DNA of 63,519 nt, filler included, from Parasitella parasitica NRRL 2501 (lineage: Eukaryota; Fungi; Mucoromycota): the NCBI GenBank assembly GCA_025201805.1. It is 10 parts of 10 records of this genome, joined end to end, with 100 filler letters (N's around TTAATTAATTAA, not from the genome) between each part and the next. Parts side by side here need not be neighbours in the genome. Positions count along the whole stretch, not along the records: positions 1 to 18,095 come from MU619428.1; 9 more parts are not named here. The stretch is one strand, 5' to 3'. Positions 1-14,063 of this stretch are shown here, piece after piece (position 1 is the first letter of the stretch; each line of letters begins with the position of its first letter). The notes beneath the pieces were generated by a model, which did no database searches, was not told the origin of the DNA, and was given only the letters and a program-made list of their open reading frames with translations. Both the position numbers and the translations under genes were made by a program.

Positions 1-1300
1 TCAACAAACTACTACAACAACTTGGTCTGAGTAATTACTAGAATATTTTTAAAATTTGGTTTTCTACTTGTTGTATTAGTGTTAGATAGATATGTCAGAA
101 AAAAATATTTTTTCACATGTTTTTAGCAGAGGCTTCATCTATTTCACAACTACCAGAGCAAAACATAGTATTTAAAAATACATGATATAGCAATATTAAA
201 ATAAAGCTACAAAATAGCTACAGACCTGCTCTTATTTGGTCAAAAAATAACAATTTTTGAGCGAGAAAATCTCGAAAAACGGAATCGATTTTTACCCTTT
301 TGAATGGCTTCATTTTGGCCTTCTAAGTATAGGACCGGAAAATTTATATTCATTTTAGTCGAGACAAGATTTTGATTTTTGACAGAAATAATAAAGCAAC
401 AGTTGTGAACAAGATATTGATGTATAGGTATTGACATGATGGTGCGTTTGATTAAGTTTATAAAGCTGAATGTGCTCAAAATATGCTTGAGTTTACTCAA
501 AAACTATCAAAAAAGGAGTTTTTTGAATATTTGAAAATTGGTAATAAGAAAAAGTGTTTCTATAGCCTTAAAATCTATATGGTTGGATGCAGAATTTATT
601 TTTTGTTATAAAACACTTAGGACGCATATTCAATATACCTATTGCGTTTACGAGATATCTAGCAATAAACTATGCGAAAAAAACTCAAAACTGGTTTGGG
701 TCAAATGGAAACACAGTGCTGAGATTCAATCTACAGTCTATTTTGTCGCTGCGAATAAGTGCACCGCCTATTTTCAATTGAAGAGCAAAGCATGATTCTA
801 ATAGGTCCCTTGTGTATGTCCCTATATAAATTGATAGCTGAGATACTGTATAATACAGGGTCAAAAACCATTTTTATGCACCTTCATTTTTGGATAAAGT
901 ATATACCACCAAATCAAAGGCATAACCCTTTTTCACGCTTAAACGCATAATTTGCAATCACTGCTATCTTTACAAACTATTAAGCAATGAAGATACAACT
1001 TTCAATCAAAATATTTTTCATTTGAACTATTCTATAACAACATAGCCAGTTCTCAAATATTTCTGACTATTACTCATGTTTTGCTATGTTTGGACGCCAC
1101 ACCGCCTATTCAATTTTCAGTTTTCAAATTAGGGGTAACCTTCAGGATTGTTTTGAGGTTTATGATTTGGAGTCTAAAAAAAAGTACACATCCGAGCTCT
1201 AGCACAATAACTGTATCTGAACCATGCTTTTCGAATTCCAATAATATCTAACACTTAGTTGTCGAGATACTGACAAAACAAGGTTTTGCTGATTTTATTA
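1..1300 (+). repeat. Dispersed non-coding AT-rich repeat family A, copy 1 (runs off window start)
   Basis: 1-795 matches 10863-11657 with about 5 substitutions; 1-1265 aligns at lower identity to 45290-46544. Confidence 0.95.
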
Positions 1301-2721
1301 TAGCAATTTATATGCGTAATGATTGTTGATCAAGATTTAGTTTTCGTATAACTAGAGATATCGTGTATTGTGCCGATTAAAGTGACCAGTTGTAGATTTG
1401 GAGTTTTATTCAGAAAGTCTTTATCATCACCACGTTAAAATATAACACATTTGCACAACATTTGACTGTGCGCTTTTTATATATTAGGAAAACGGAGATG
1501 ATCTTCCATATTTAAAGAGAGCACATCATTCCAAATTATATACCGGAAAAGATGTTCTCTTATAGAAAGATTATATATAATCGCAGTAATTGCTTTGTCA
1601 AACTCAAATTCAGAAACAACTCGATTTGTGTCAATAGGGATAGAAAGCGTTTGGTATGAAGTAGTTTACGCGACCTAAAAAAAAGTCTTCTTGTGATTAC
1701 AGATATATTTGTTTTCGCTTCACTGAATCAAAAAGAATTGAACAAATATTTAGTTAGAGTGTAACGTCACTGTTAGCAAAAACCAAAGAATTCTGCACAT
1801 TACCTGTTAGCTTTAGAAGTGTGTCATCCTCAATCTTTATTAATTCGTACATTAAAGTACCAAAAATCGGACAATGTGGCCAAAAAAACAAAATTTCGGT
1901 TTTTCTATTTCATCTATTAAATTTTCAGTACAGTTTAATTTAATCTTTGCAAAGTAAAAAGATAGAGCACCAGTAGTTCTTGTATTAGTTTGTTGTATTA
2001 TGTTTGCAGATTTTGTGATAAATTTGGCATCAAATATGCAATCAAACTGCTTATAAAATGATTTTTTTGACAAATTGAACGATTTAAACCAAAAAATGCG
2101 CTTGTTTCTTTAAATTCAGCTGCGTGGGCAATCAAAAGCTTTGGAGGTATAGCCTGTAACTATACCTGACATATCAGCATCGAATCATCTCTCTTTTCAG
2201 AAATCAGCACTAAAATATAAGATCAGAATCTTTATATTTTGAATACGATACCAATCAAAAGCACAAAATACCTTTAAACCATAATATTTTCAAAATGATA
2301 CCGCTGTATGTCGCAGATTTCTTAATTTCGCTTGTTTGTATTGAGCAGTGTAGAGACAAGAGAAACGACTCAAATATCAATTATAATACACCATTCGAAT
2401 TCTACAATGCATTCAAACTTGGCTATCATAATTGGAAGTCTAAAGAGAAACTATGAGACTTGACATAACTGTTTTTCGTATTTTGTCCTCATTTCATCAA
2501 GACTTTGAATTAAGGTAACTTTTCATCCAAGCAACCAATTTTCAAAACGTAAAAAGTATCATATTCCACAACATCAAGTCTATCTTTTCATTTAGGTTTG
2601 GTCCACCAGATTATAGTTTTTCCTTTAGTTTTGCCACTTTATATTGTTTACTGGTTTGCATGCATTCACTGTTTACGCAAAAATAAGGTCACAGCCGTAT
2701 TAAAAAGTTGGCTACGCCTTT

Positions 2722-2723
<2 letters not shown>

Positions 2724-2803
<80 letters not shown>

Positions 2804-3658
2804 NNNNNNNNNNNNNNNNNNNNNNNNNNNNNNNNNNNNNNNNNNNNNNNNNNNNNNNNNNNNNNNNNNNNNNNNNNNNNNNNNNNNNNNNNNNNNNNNN
2901 NNNNNNNNNNNNNNNNNNNNNNNNNNNNNNNNNNNNNNNNNNNNNNNNNNNNNNNNNNNNNNNNNNNNNNNNNNNNNNNNNNNNNNNNNNNNNNNNNNNN
3001 NNNNNNNNNNNNNNNNNNNNNNNNNNNNNNNNNNNNNNNNNNNNNNNNNNNNNNNNNNNNNNNNNNNNNNNNNNNNNNNNNNNNNNNNNNNNNNNNNNNN
3101 NNNNNNNNNNNNNNNNNNNNNNNNNNNNNNNNNNNNNNNNNNNNNNNNNNNNNNNNNNNNNNNNNNNNNNNNNNNNNNNNNNNNNNNNNNNNNNNNNNNN
3201 NNNNNNNNNNNNNNNNNNNNNNNNNNNNNNNNNNNNNNNNNNNNNNNNNNNNNNNNNNNNNNNNNNNNNNNNNNNNNNNNNNNNNNNNNNNNNNNNNNNN
3301 NNNNNNNNNNNNNNNNNNNNNNNNNNNNNNNNNNNNNNNNNNNNNNNNNNNNNNNNNNNNNNNNNNNNNNNNNNNNNNNNNNNNNNNNNNNNNNNNNNNN
3401 NNNNNNNNNNNNNNNNNNNNNNNNNNNNNNNNNNNNNNNNNNNNNNNNNNNNNNNNNNNNNNNNNNNNNNNNNNNNNNNNNNNNNNNNNNNNNNNNNNNN
3501 NNNNNNNNNNNNNNNNNNNNNNNNNNNNNNNNNNNNNNNNNNNNNNNNNNNNNNNNNNNNNNNNNNNNNNNNNNNNNNNNNNNNNNNNNNNNNNNNNNNN
3601 NNNNNNNNNNNNNNNNNNNNNNNNNNNNNNNNNNNNNNNNNNNNNNNNNNNNNNNNNN
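2724..3658. other. Poly-T run followed by scaffold gap (855 N, 2804-3658)
   Basis: Seen directly; no linker sequence inside this gap. Confidence 0.98.
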
Positions 3659-3769
3659 CTAAAAGCGCATAACTGAAAAAATAAGACTCAAATGTCACGC
3701 ATAGTCAATTCATACCATTCGAGTTCGCATAACATGTATAAAGTCATATAAATCAAATCAAACTGTTAT

Positions 3770-3858
3770 CTCAAAAGTCTGATAAAATAAATCTGCCAAA
3801 GAATTACACTTTTATTCATAATACATCTCTCGATGTATTATATACACATTCATTACAC
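3770..3858 (+). repeat. Short dispersed repeat shared with 63255-63340
   Basis: tcaaaagtctg.taaaataaat.tgcca.agaattacacttttattcata...atatacacattcattac present at both sites. Confidence 0.85.
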
Positions 3859-4429
3859 TGCTAGGGTTCTACTGTTTAGCTGCGTAATGTAAATCATGAC
3901 TACTACCCATGATTTACTGTAAGACCCTGGGACTGATCTGAGATCCTGATGTGAGACCTTGCCATGTTATTGATATAACACTTGTCACCAAAACCTTTAC
4001 TGTACTCTCACATTATTGCTTTGCCTATTTCGTAGAAAGCGCGAGTGTCAAGGACGTGATACTTGAATTATAATGTGTCAGTTTATTATAAAAGAGATGA
4101 TAATCAGGATGTAGTAATGATACACCAGATGATCCACAATGAGAAAGGAAAGGGAGCAAAATCATTGTCTTTTTATACTTTTATCGAGACATGTGGGGCT
4201 TACTAATCCACTGGGACAGTCAAAACAAGAGTCATGAAGGAAACGAGAGGGTATTGGTTCTTAATTGCGTGATTATTTCGTCGTGGCTTCCTCCGTTAAA
4301 GATCACCATGGCACCTTTAAGGGCCCGAAGTTATTTCAACAAAGCAAAAAACTATGTTCTACTGTCATTTCTGGTGGATCCAACATCAACTCGAGTGTTA
4401 TGTCGGTCTCGCCAACCTACCAGCCAAAC

Positions 4430-5680
4430 GATGAACATGAACCCCTCACCTCCTGTCGATCACTTCTCGCACAAAGTTGCTAAACCTTTTTTGACAGGTA
4501 CAGTGGCTCACTCCCTCATCGTCGTCATTACTGAGGTCTTTGACAGGCAGAAGGAGTTCATTGTTGCTCTGACCCTTTATTGCGACGCTAACACCCACTT
4601 GTGGGCTGTATCGGAGCACATGCGTAGAGACAATAACCGAGTCTGTGCTGAAATTTCGGTCTCTCCTGACATGTATCAACAAATCCTTGTGAACCCTGCT
4701 CTCCAACTGGAAAATTTTGATGAGCCTTTGATGGCTTATCCCACTCTTTCGCCTTCCGCCAACATTGTGAAGCTGGCATTGTCCAGACTGCCTCCTCAAT
4801 ATGGTCGACAAGATGGTGGAAATCAACAACTCCGAGCTGATATGCACCATAATCTTGATCGGTTTGGACAACTGATCGACTGTGGTTACGTTACTGGTGG
4901 TAGTGGCATCTACGCCGGTGGTGGGTATGCTGTCTTAGCTGTGGATGCCAACAAGCACGAGACTCCTCAGCACTCGTTGAATTGGGTTAATTACCATCAT
5001 CCCATCAATTTCTCTTCCGGCGAACTGCTGACTGAACGGGATCATGTCCTCTCCCTTGCAACATGGGCTGCCATGCCTCCTTACTGCAAGTACTGCCATT
5101 CTATGGACCATTCTTTGATCCAATGCACCACCCGCAAGCAGAAAATCTCTTGTGATCTCTGCGGTGTTGCTGGTCACTTCAAATGCTTCTGCTCTCGTCG
5201 CAATGAGGATCCTGACAACTCTACCAAGAATCGTAAGGTATCCTCAGAGCAGCAGAAGCAGATGAACTCTGATTCCTCATTTGCCATTACTACCAAGGCT
5301 AAGTCTAAGTCCACTGCCGCTGCTAAGAATGCTGCTGCTGTTGCTCAGATTGACGATACTGCCGAGGCTGCTGCTGATGCTCAAGCTCTTCTTAATGCTC
5401 TAGCTCTTCTTGATGCACAGGCTAAGGCCAATGCTCAGAATGACGCTACGGCTCAGAATAATGCCACCACTCCGGCTAATGCCACCTCTTCTGTTTCTCC
5501 TGCGGTACTTCCAGTGTCATCTCCCCATCTCACTCGCTCGTCAACTGGCAACTCTCTTCCGGTAGTACCCCCTACTCGTCCTGACGACATCAAACCATGA
5601 AAAGCTTACAAGCGTACGGATCACAAGATGAGAACCAGCCAAAAGTGTCTTCACAACCCCAAAAACCTTGCTTATATTCC
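4430..5680 (+). pseudogene. LINE ORF1 (gag-like nucleic-acid binding protein)
   Basis: CKYCHSMDHSLIQC and CDLCGVAGHFKCFC knuckles; TGA at 5598-5600 interrupts a third motif (*KAYKRTDHKMRTSQKC); true start uncertain. Confidence 0.85.
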
Positions 5681-6159
5681 TGATTCTGAATGGACCGAGA
5701 TGGATGTTATGCGCAGAGGATATATAAATATGATCTGCTCAAAAAAATGTATAACTTTATAAAAATAAAATCAGACACAAAAACTAATGACTTTATTGAT
5801 AAGAAAATGCCATCTTTTTATACTAGATTATATCTATTGTAACACCACTATTTGTCATCATGGTTAAACATTGAACTTGGTATGTAATACCAAGTTTATT
5901 ACATGTTCTACTGTACATTAATAGCTTATTCCTTGTCATTGTATACAAAGAATTACCAATCTAATAATTGCTTAATCTCATGCCTTTCTGGCACAACAAT
6001 GGAAACTGATGATGATGATACTTCTGCTTCTAGGCAGATTTGAACCTACTTTCTTTTTTTAAAAAAAAAGAACACTAAGGAAAAATGAGTTTATTGGATC
6101 CGTATTCTAATATCGAGACAATTGATTCATCAATCAACACGGCTTACACATCACCAACA

Positions 6160-9100
6160 ATTTTAAACCCCTCGGATACCTCTTTTGCGACGCTACGAGT
6201 TGGCACCCTCAACTGTCGAGGTCTCACCAAGACAGCTGCCTCCTCTACCCGTCGACATTTTATTCGCTATTTACGAACATGCTCCCTTGCTTTGCTTGCA
6301 CTTCAGGAGACGCATGCTTCCATCACCTCAACACAAGATCAGTTCCACCTACAATTTCAAGCCAAATCTAGTATCTGGTCCAAACATTGCGGGCTAGTGT
6401 CCTTTTATTCAGGCATCTCATTCTCGAACACCATCGTCAGTATCTGTGGGCGGATCATATCAACCACGATTTCTCATGCTTCTCCTGCATTTGAGCCGTT
6501 TTCTATAACGGTCGTGTATTTTCCTGCCTCACGATCAGAATGTATTTGCTTTTTGTCTACCATCCTCACAGATTTCCACTCTGTGTTTTCGTCATCTTCG
6601 TCCCACTCCATCATTAGAGGTGATTTCAACTACACCTACTCCAATGCTTCTGCGTCTCGGAATTGACAGGCTCCTGCTCCTTGGCTACATTACCTCGATG
6701 ACCACTATATCAATGGTATCACGGCTCCAGGTGCCACACCATCTGTGACCTTTCAACGTGGTTCATCTCAATCCTGCAATGACCACATCTTCTTGCCTTC
6801 AGATCTCTCGCTTTCCGTGCAGTATGAACACTGCCGTACCTCAGTTATACAACCCCCTTGGTCGGATTACTTCCTTCTTTCTTGCCAGCTTCGGTTGTAT
6901 CCAGCTGCCGATGCTTCGTTCACTTTGTCTGTTGGCAAAGGCTCGTGGAGAGCTCATCCTCTTTTGGCATCCAATTTGGTCTTTCGTCGTCGGCTTCATC
7001 GTGCTCTTAGTGGTCGTGTCCAAACGCTTGATCCCACCTTGTCTGCCGCCCAGAAATGGGATGAACTGAAACAACGAACCACTGCCACTGTTGCCAAATC
7101 CTTTTCTCGACGCAATGCTTATACCCTTAAGCGCGCCGAAGATTATCTTCATAAGAAAAGAACTGGTATTCAACAACAATTGACCTTGGATCCTACTATG
7201 AAACCAGTGCTAAATCCACAACTGACCATCGTTGAAGAACAACTTGCAGCCATCCAACAATACCATGTTGAAGCCTTGGCACTACGGTCTGGTGTCCTCG
7301 GCGTGAACAAGGCGAGATGTCTGCTGGCTTCCTCAAGAAATCCGCTTCTGCCAGGGCCGCAAAAACTCTCATCTCTCCGTTGATCCACCCCACTACCCAG
7401 TCTCTGTGGACTTCGAAAGAGGCTATGCTTACATGGTACACTATACTCACCTGATGCTATTGACATGAATGCCGTCCACGACTTGCTCGACTCAGTTCCT
7501 GAATCAGCTTGTTTGTCATCCACAGCGGCACAGTCCATTATCGAGCCCATCACGTACCAAGATCTTTGCGACGCCTTTTCTTGTGCTCCCTCCACTTCCT
7601 CCCTCATGGCTGGAATTCTGTATCGTGCTACTCCCAAAGAAAGGACCTCAAGAACTCTTGCAGAACTGGCGTCCGATCTCGCCGCTCATCGACACCGATG
7701 CCAAAGTCTTCACCCGGATTCTCAGTAGTCGCATGATTGACTAGGCTGTCTCTCTCATCAATCCCTTTCAAACGGGATTTGTTCGGGATAGGGTCATCGC
7801 TGACAATGGTCTTCTCATAAAACTCGTCATGGAACACGCGCGCAACACTGCTTCCACTAGTATCAATCTGCTGCTTGACCAAGAGAAGGCATGCGACCGT
7901 GTTCATCCAGTGTATCTTCGGGCTGTCCTCCTTCGTTTTGGCTTCCCCGTGGCTCCGGTCGACTGCATCTCCCACTTGTTTTTTGACACACATCTCGTTG
8001 TCAATGTCAATAGATTTCTCTCTCCACGATTCCCTCAACTACGAGGCCTCAAACAAGGTGATCCCATCAATCCCATTGTGTTTAATCTCGCATTCGAACC
8101 ACTGCTTCGTAAGATTTTCCAAGATCCTCAGCTGCCAGGTTTCCAACTGCCGTCTCCTCCATCGCTGAATGCTCCCTCGGCTGTTAAGATGATGGCGTAC
8201 GCTGATGATATTGTCTGTCTGTTGACATCTCCTGCAGATCTTGATTGCCTTCAATCTCATCTCCAAGTGTACTCGGCAGCGTCTATCGCACTGGTGAACT
8301 TTCACAAGATGGAGGCTATCTCTCTCAGTGGTTCTGCCAGCAACTATGCTTCGATTTGGCGAGCTCCCCTTCAACAACATCGCATCACTAGTTGGCGCGA
8401 CGCTACCTCGCCGTCACCCGTCCGCTATCTCGGTTTCCCACTGTATACGTCGATTGCGCAACGCATCTACTTTCTGGAACAAAAGCTTTCGCATCCTTCA
8501 GTTGTATTACCTCGGCTAGTTGGTTTTCTGGGTGCTCACCTCCACGATAGCTCTGACACTTTACCACCACTAGACCACCGTATCAGTCTGCTCTTTCCAG
8601 GTCGCCGCCCAACCATTTGTAAACAACACGATAGCTCATGGTCACTGTTATTTCAAGCTATGGATCGTCTTCCAAAAGATTTCTCATCCACCGTCATCAG
8701 TGCGGCTACCAGTTTAGAGATCCCTCTGACCTCTTCTGTCGTTCTTTCTGTTTCGCCAAATGTACAACTCACCGCATCCTATGCCAACAAACTGCCAGCC
8801 TCTATCGCTTACACTTTCGATTCCACCGCGGACCACTGCCTTCGGCCCAAGACTTCACTAGAGATATGCTCCACTACTCCCAATTTTGCCAAAAAGTTCT
8901 TGAAACTCGTCAAACAGAATCACCTCAAGCTCGCTCCTTTCTTTGTTCGTGCATTCATCCACCACAGAAGGTTCGCCGGCTTGGGTCGTTTTCCTTTCTC
9001 ACCACTTGAGGATCACCGCATAATACTGGATGTTTCTCCGTTTGTCCAAGCTATTTTCTCCTCCTTGTCACCTACATCTCGCTCTCGCCAGCATCTTCTT

Positions 9101-9181
9101 TCCACTAAATCATACCGGAAACTTTACTTACCGCCATTAACACCTCCTCCTCCTTTACCTCGCGCATATTTAGACGATTAG
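6160..9181 (+). pseudogene. LINE ORF2 endonuclease-reverse transcriptase, disrupted
   Basis: GTLNCRGL, LALQETH, GDFN, WSDY (EN); WRPIS..DTDAKVFTRIL, DQEKACDRV, GLKQGDPINP, MAYADD, YLGFP (RT); stops at 6664 and 7742 plus frameshifts. Confidence 0.93.
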
Positions 9182-9934
9182 CTGTTGCATCAATTTTCTA
9201 TAATGAATATGCCGTTCTAAGCTTTGAGTTGAACTGTAGTAGCATTTGCAAACAGGCAACGAGTCTCGTTAAATAACCAAAAAACCATGGTGTGGCAAAT
9301 GATTTTGATACTTATCGCGACAGTAATAACTTACCAATACATCGACCAGTTAGATTGAATTTGGATCTGTCATTTTCTTGAACTGATTGTTGAGTTCTAT
9401 CTGTTTTTGTTGTTCCACTCGTAAGCAAAAGTAATATTATTAAAAGTTTCGTAAAAAGAGAAAAAGAGAAAGAGGAAACTTGTGATAATATGATAATTTA
9501 TGTCACATAACCAAATTGTTGTAGCCAGGGAAACGTGTGCCACATTAGTTGCAGTGCATACTCTAGCTGCACCACATGAAGAAAAATAAAATGCACTGCA
9601 TCAATGCTGACAATAAACATAATGCTTTTCTTTTCGAAATGTATATTCATTCTGTCTTTGCGTTAAAAAACATTGAAAGTTCCAGAATAATTAAGTTAAC
9701 TACCTATTCCACCCCCTACAATCGTAGAAAAAAAAGCAGAGCGGATTTATTCAGTCAACAAAAAATTTCAGTCATTATCATCAGAAATAGTAAAACTATA
9801 TGGATATGATATATTAATGTGAAGGATTGTTTGTTTGACTGCAGGTGTTTGTAACAACTGCTCATATTATAAGGTGTTTTTGCTGTGAAACGAAACGTCA
9901 AAAATCGCAAGAGCAAAGCCATTTGGAATAAGAA

Positions 9935-11870
9935 AAGGTGTTTTTAAAGCCTAATATGATTAATGTGGTTTGACGCAGCGGATTTGAAGGCTGACAAAAA
10001 ACATTCAGCAAACATATGCAATATTATACTTATTATTATTTTTTGAGATGTCAAGCAATGAAAATTTGGGATGTGCGCAAGTTGCAATGGCAGCATCATA
10101 TTTCTGAGCTTGAATTTACCACTGCGACTACAGCCCCTTAGCAGCGAAGCATCTATTTCTATTGAGGAGCAAAGCATAAACTCCATAAATAATCTGGTTA
10201 TGTCTTGATATGAATCAATAGTAAAGAGGCTGTAAAATATGACCAGAAAAGCTATTAAGATGTAGCTATATGATGTTTTAGTTAAAATAAATGCCACCTA
10301 ATCATGACGATCACCTCTTCCCCCGCTTAAAAGCATAATCTACAATCTGTGATACCTTCACAAATTATTAAACAATAGAGATACAACTTTCAGCCAAAAT
10401 CTTCTTTTTACGGAGCATTTTATAACATATCCGAGTTTCATGCATCTCTGACGATTTTTCAGATTTTGCTATGTTTCGACTCCACACCTTATATTCGATT
10501 TTCAGTTTTCAACTTTGGGTCGATCTTCAGGGTCATTTTTAGGTACGGATTTGGGGTCCAAGCCAAGTATACATCCAAGTACTGGTACGATAACTGTACC
10601 TCACTATGTCTTCCGATTCTCGATATCTATCTTTGCTGTCAAGATATTGCTAAACTAGATTTTGCAGATTTTCCAAATTTTACAGCATATGTTCCTATAA
10701 CAAGTACCAAATTGTACAACTAAACCATGCTCAAGTTCCTAAGTAAAGTAATAAAGCACGTTTTGGTACACTTGCTTGTATAAAACATGTCGTACGTAAG
10801 CTCGAATTCGACAAGCTAGAGCCAATTCTGTCTTTTTACGTTAAACTTTGTTCTCCTCTTTCTCAACAAACTACTAAAACAACTTGGTCTGAGTAATTAC
10901 TAGAATATTTTTAAAATTTGGTTTTCTACTTGTTGTATTAGTGTTAGATAGATATGTCAGAAAAAAATATTTTTTCACATGTTTTTAGCAGAGGCTTCAT
11001 CTATTTCACAACTACCAGAGCAAAACATAGTATTTAAAAATACATGATATAGCAATATTAAATTAAAGCTACAAAATAGCTACAGACCTGTTCTTATTTG
11101 GTCAAAAAATAACAATTTTTGAGCGAGAAAATCTCGAAAAACGGAATCGATTTTTACCCTTTTGAATGGCTTCATTTTGGCCTTCTAAGTATAGGACCGG
11201 AAAATTTATATTCATTTTAGTCGAGACAAGATTTTGATTTTTGACAGAAATAATAAAGCAACAGTTGTGAACAAGATATTGATGTATAGGTATTGACATG
11301 ATGGTGCGTTTGATTAAGTTTATAAAGCTGAATGTGCTCAAAATATGCTTGAGTTTACTCAAAAACTATCAAAAAAGGAGTTTTTTGAATATTTGAAAAT
11401 TGGTAATAAGAAAAAGTGTTTCTATAGCCTTAAAATCTATATGGTTGGATGCAGAATTTATTTTTTGTTATAAAACACTTAGGACGCATATTCAATATAC
11501 CTATTGCGTTTACGAGATATCTAGCAATGAACTATGCGAAAAAAACTCAAAACTGGTTTGGGTCAAATGGAAACACAGTGCTGAGATTCAATCTACAGTC
11601 TATTTTGTCGCTGCGAATAAGTGCACCGCCTATTTTCAATTGAGGAGCAAAGCATGATGGCAGTAGGCAACTTGGAGGCGACTTGATATAAGTTGATAGA
11701 GGAGATGTTGCAGAATGTGGCCTTAAAATCCATTTTTACATAACTTTATTTTTAATAGAAATAATTTGTACGCAATCAAACTTATTACCTTTTACCCCGC
11801 TTAAAGGCATAGTTTGAGTTATCTAATATCTTTTGCAGGTCATGAAGCCATGGAGACACAACGTATTGAA
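9935..11870 (+). repeat. Repeat family A, copy 2
   Basis: 9935-11657 is colinear with 44386-46089; 10863-11657 near-identical to 1-795; 11658-11870 is a diverged homolog of 796-1000. Confidence 0.93.
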
Positions 11871-12279
11871 GCCCACAACCTGGGGGGGGGGGTTATTACT
11901 GGTATACAAAGTCCTTAAATGAGAAAAATATGAGTTGATAGCTTCGGGCTGTTACATTGGATTCGATTTTATCAGCAATGCGTTTAAGATACAGCACTAT
12001 ATTTATGCGGAAGGAGTGAACTTTTGAATGCAAAGCATTTGTAAATTTCACTTCAAAGATGTTGAAAAATAACTCATTCAAAAGAGAGACCCGAGGTGAC
12101 GAGACAAGTATGCTTTCCCAGTTCATCAATGTAGAGTAAACCAAATGCTCAAGGCTTTTTGGTGGTACTATGGTAGTCCTCACCGTCACGGCCGTTTTTC
12201 TTTTTTTTTTTTTTTTTTTCACCAAGCTCTTCAAAACTAAGGCAATGTTCCTTATTGTACAATCCTTATATTAGTAATC

Positions 12280-13658
12280 ATGGTCAAACTATGTGTCCTT
12301 TGCACCAAAAGACGAGCAGTTTTAAAACGTCCTAAAACTGGTCAAACTATTTGCCAAGAATGCTTCTACCATGTGTTCGAAACTGAGATCCACCATACTA
12401 TTCAGGATACCAATCTCTTTCAAAGAGGTGAGCGAGTAGCCATCGGTGCTAGTGGAGGAAAAGGTAAGCTTGGTCGGCAGACTACTTGAGGCGGCAGCTA
12501 ACCATGCTTTAGACTCTACTGTACTTGCTCACATTATGAAGACATTGAACGATCGGTACGATTACGGCTTAGACTTGTATTTGTTGTCTGTGGATGAAGG
12601 GATTACTGGCTACAGAGATGATTCTTTAGAAACAGTAAAGCGCAATCAGCAACAATACGAACTTCCTTTGAAAATTGTGTCTTACCATGAATTATATGGA
12701 TGGAGTATGGATGAAATTGTGAGGGAAGTGGGTAGAAAGAACAATTGTACCTACTGTGGTGTATTTCGACGTCAAGCTTTGGACCGAGGAGCTGTCATGT
12801 TGGGCGTAAATCATATCGTAACTGGTCATAATGCTGATGATATCGCTGAGACTATCTTGATGAACAGTAAGTATTGCTGGGTGGAAAAATCCTGCGTAAC
12901 TAATACAGGATAACAGTTTTCCGCGGTGATATTGCTAGATTGGGTAGATGTACTGAAATTGTCACTCAAGGCGAGAGTAGTATCAAGAGATCAAAGCCTT
13001 TCAAATACACTTATGAAAAGGAGATTGTTATGTATGCTTATTTCAAAAAACTGGATTATTTCTCAACCGAATGTATATATTCTCCCAACGCATACCGTGG
13101 CAATGCTCGTACATTTCTGAAAGATTTGGAAGCTATTAGACCCAGCGCTATTATCGGTGAGTTGTTTATATTAATGTGGTTATCATTGAGCTATTATTCA
13201 CATGTGTGCAGATATCATCAAATCTGGAGAAGCCTTTGAAATTAAATCTGGTACTAAGATGCCTACTCAAACAACCTGTGAACGTTGCGGCTACATGTCT
13301 TCCAATTCATTGTGTAAGGCTTGTTTATTATTGGAAGGTCTCAACAGAGGTCTACCTCAAATGGGTATCGGCAGGGACTCCAAAGTAGTAAGTTTCAGCA
13401 ATTCCCCATCGTGAAATTAATACTGATGGATGTATTGATTTGCAGCGCCGTGAACAGAAAGAAAAAAGTGCATCTGAAAATGCGGACAGAATAACAACTG
13501 CAGTGAAAGTCACCCACTTTTCGCAAATCCAAAGAGACGAAGATCAACCTCAATTAGTCCAACCCAAAAATCCAGAGGATGTGTATACGCCTCCTCCACG
13601 AGTACCTGGTGGCATTTTGCATGACGCAAAATTGCAAAAGAAAGATGTTTCTTGGTAG
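12280..13658 (+). CDS. NCS6: Cytoplasmic tRNA 2-thiolation protein 1; exons 12280-12463, 12513-12866, 12917-13156, 13212-13387, 13446-13658
   Basis: Spliced PP-loop [22 protein letters not shown], terminal CxxC pairs; GT-AG introns keep frame. Confidence 0.96.
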
Positions 13659-14063
13659 GATTTCAGCTGTATTGGTTGATAATAGAAATAAATGGCATCC
13701 AGAGAGTTTTTTTTTGGAGTCGGGAATAAATGCGATAGATTATGAAGCAAGGATTATTTAGTTGGGACATGGATGAGTTATTACGTTCATTTTGTGCATC
13801 TCCAGAACAGTTCGCTCTTGAAACCAGCCACTTTTTTAATGAATTATTTAGACCCTGCAGGAATGCTCCTCGACTTCATGGTGATCTTTGAGATTTTTTA
13901 ATTATAGTTGTTTATTATTTTTGAGTGAATACCAGTTTACAGAATTAGTTAAAAGTTGATTGAACACAATAGAAGAGAAAATAAGAAGAAGAAAAAAAAA
14001 AAGACTACCTTGAGCAAAGGGTATAAAATATTAAAAAAAAAAAATACTACATTTGATGCAAAC

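Larger units (their letters stand above)
4191..9181 (+). mobile_element. Decayed L1/Tx1-like non-LTR retrotransposon (two ORFs, 3' truncated)
   Basis: ORF1 with CCHC knuckles, then ORF2 with APE endonuclease and RT motifs, broken by stops and frameshifts; no zf-RVT or poly-A tail. Confidence 0.93.

Noticed and set aside
240-950. Short ORFs repeated at 11102-11657 and 45601-46088
   Set aside because: They recur only because the non-coding repeat recurs; non-ATG starts and frames not preserved in the diverged copy
2598-3698. Long ORFs of 322-354 aa
   Set aside because: Artefacts of the poly-T run and N gap
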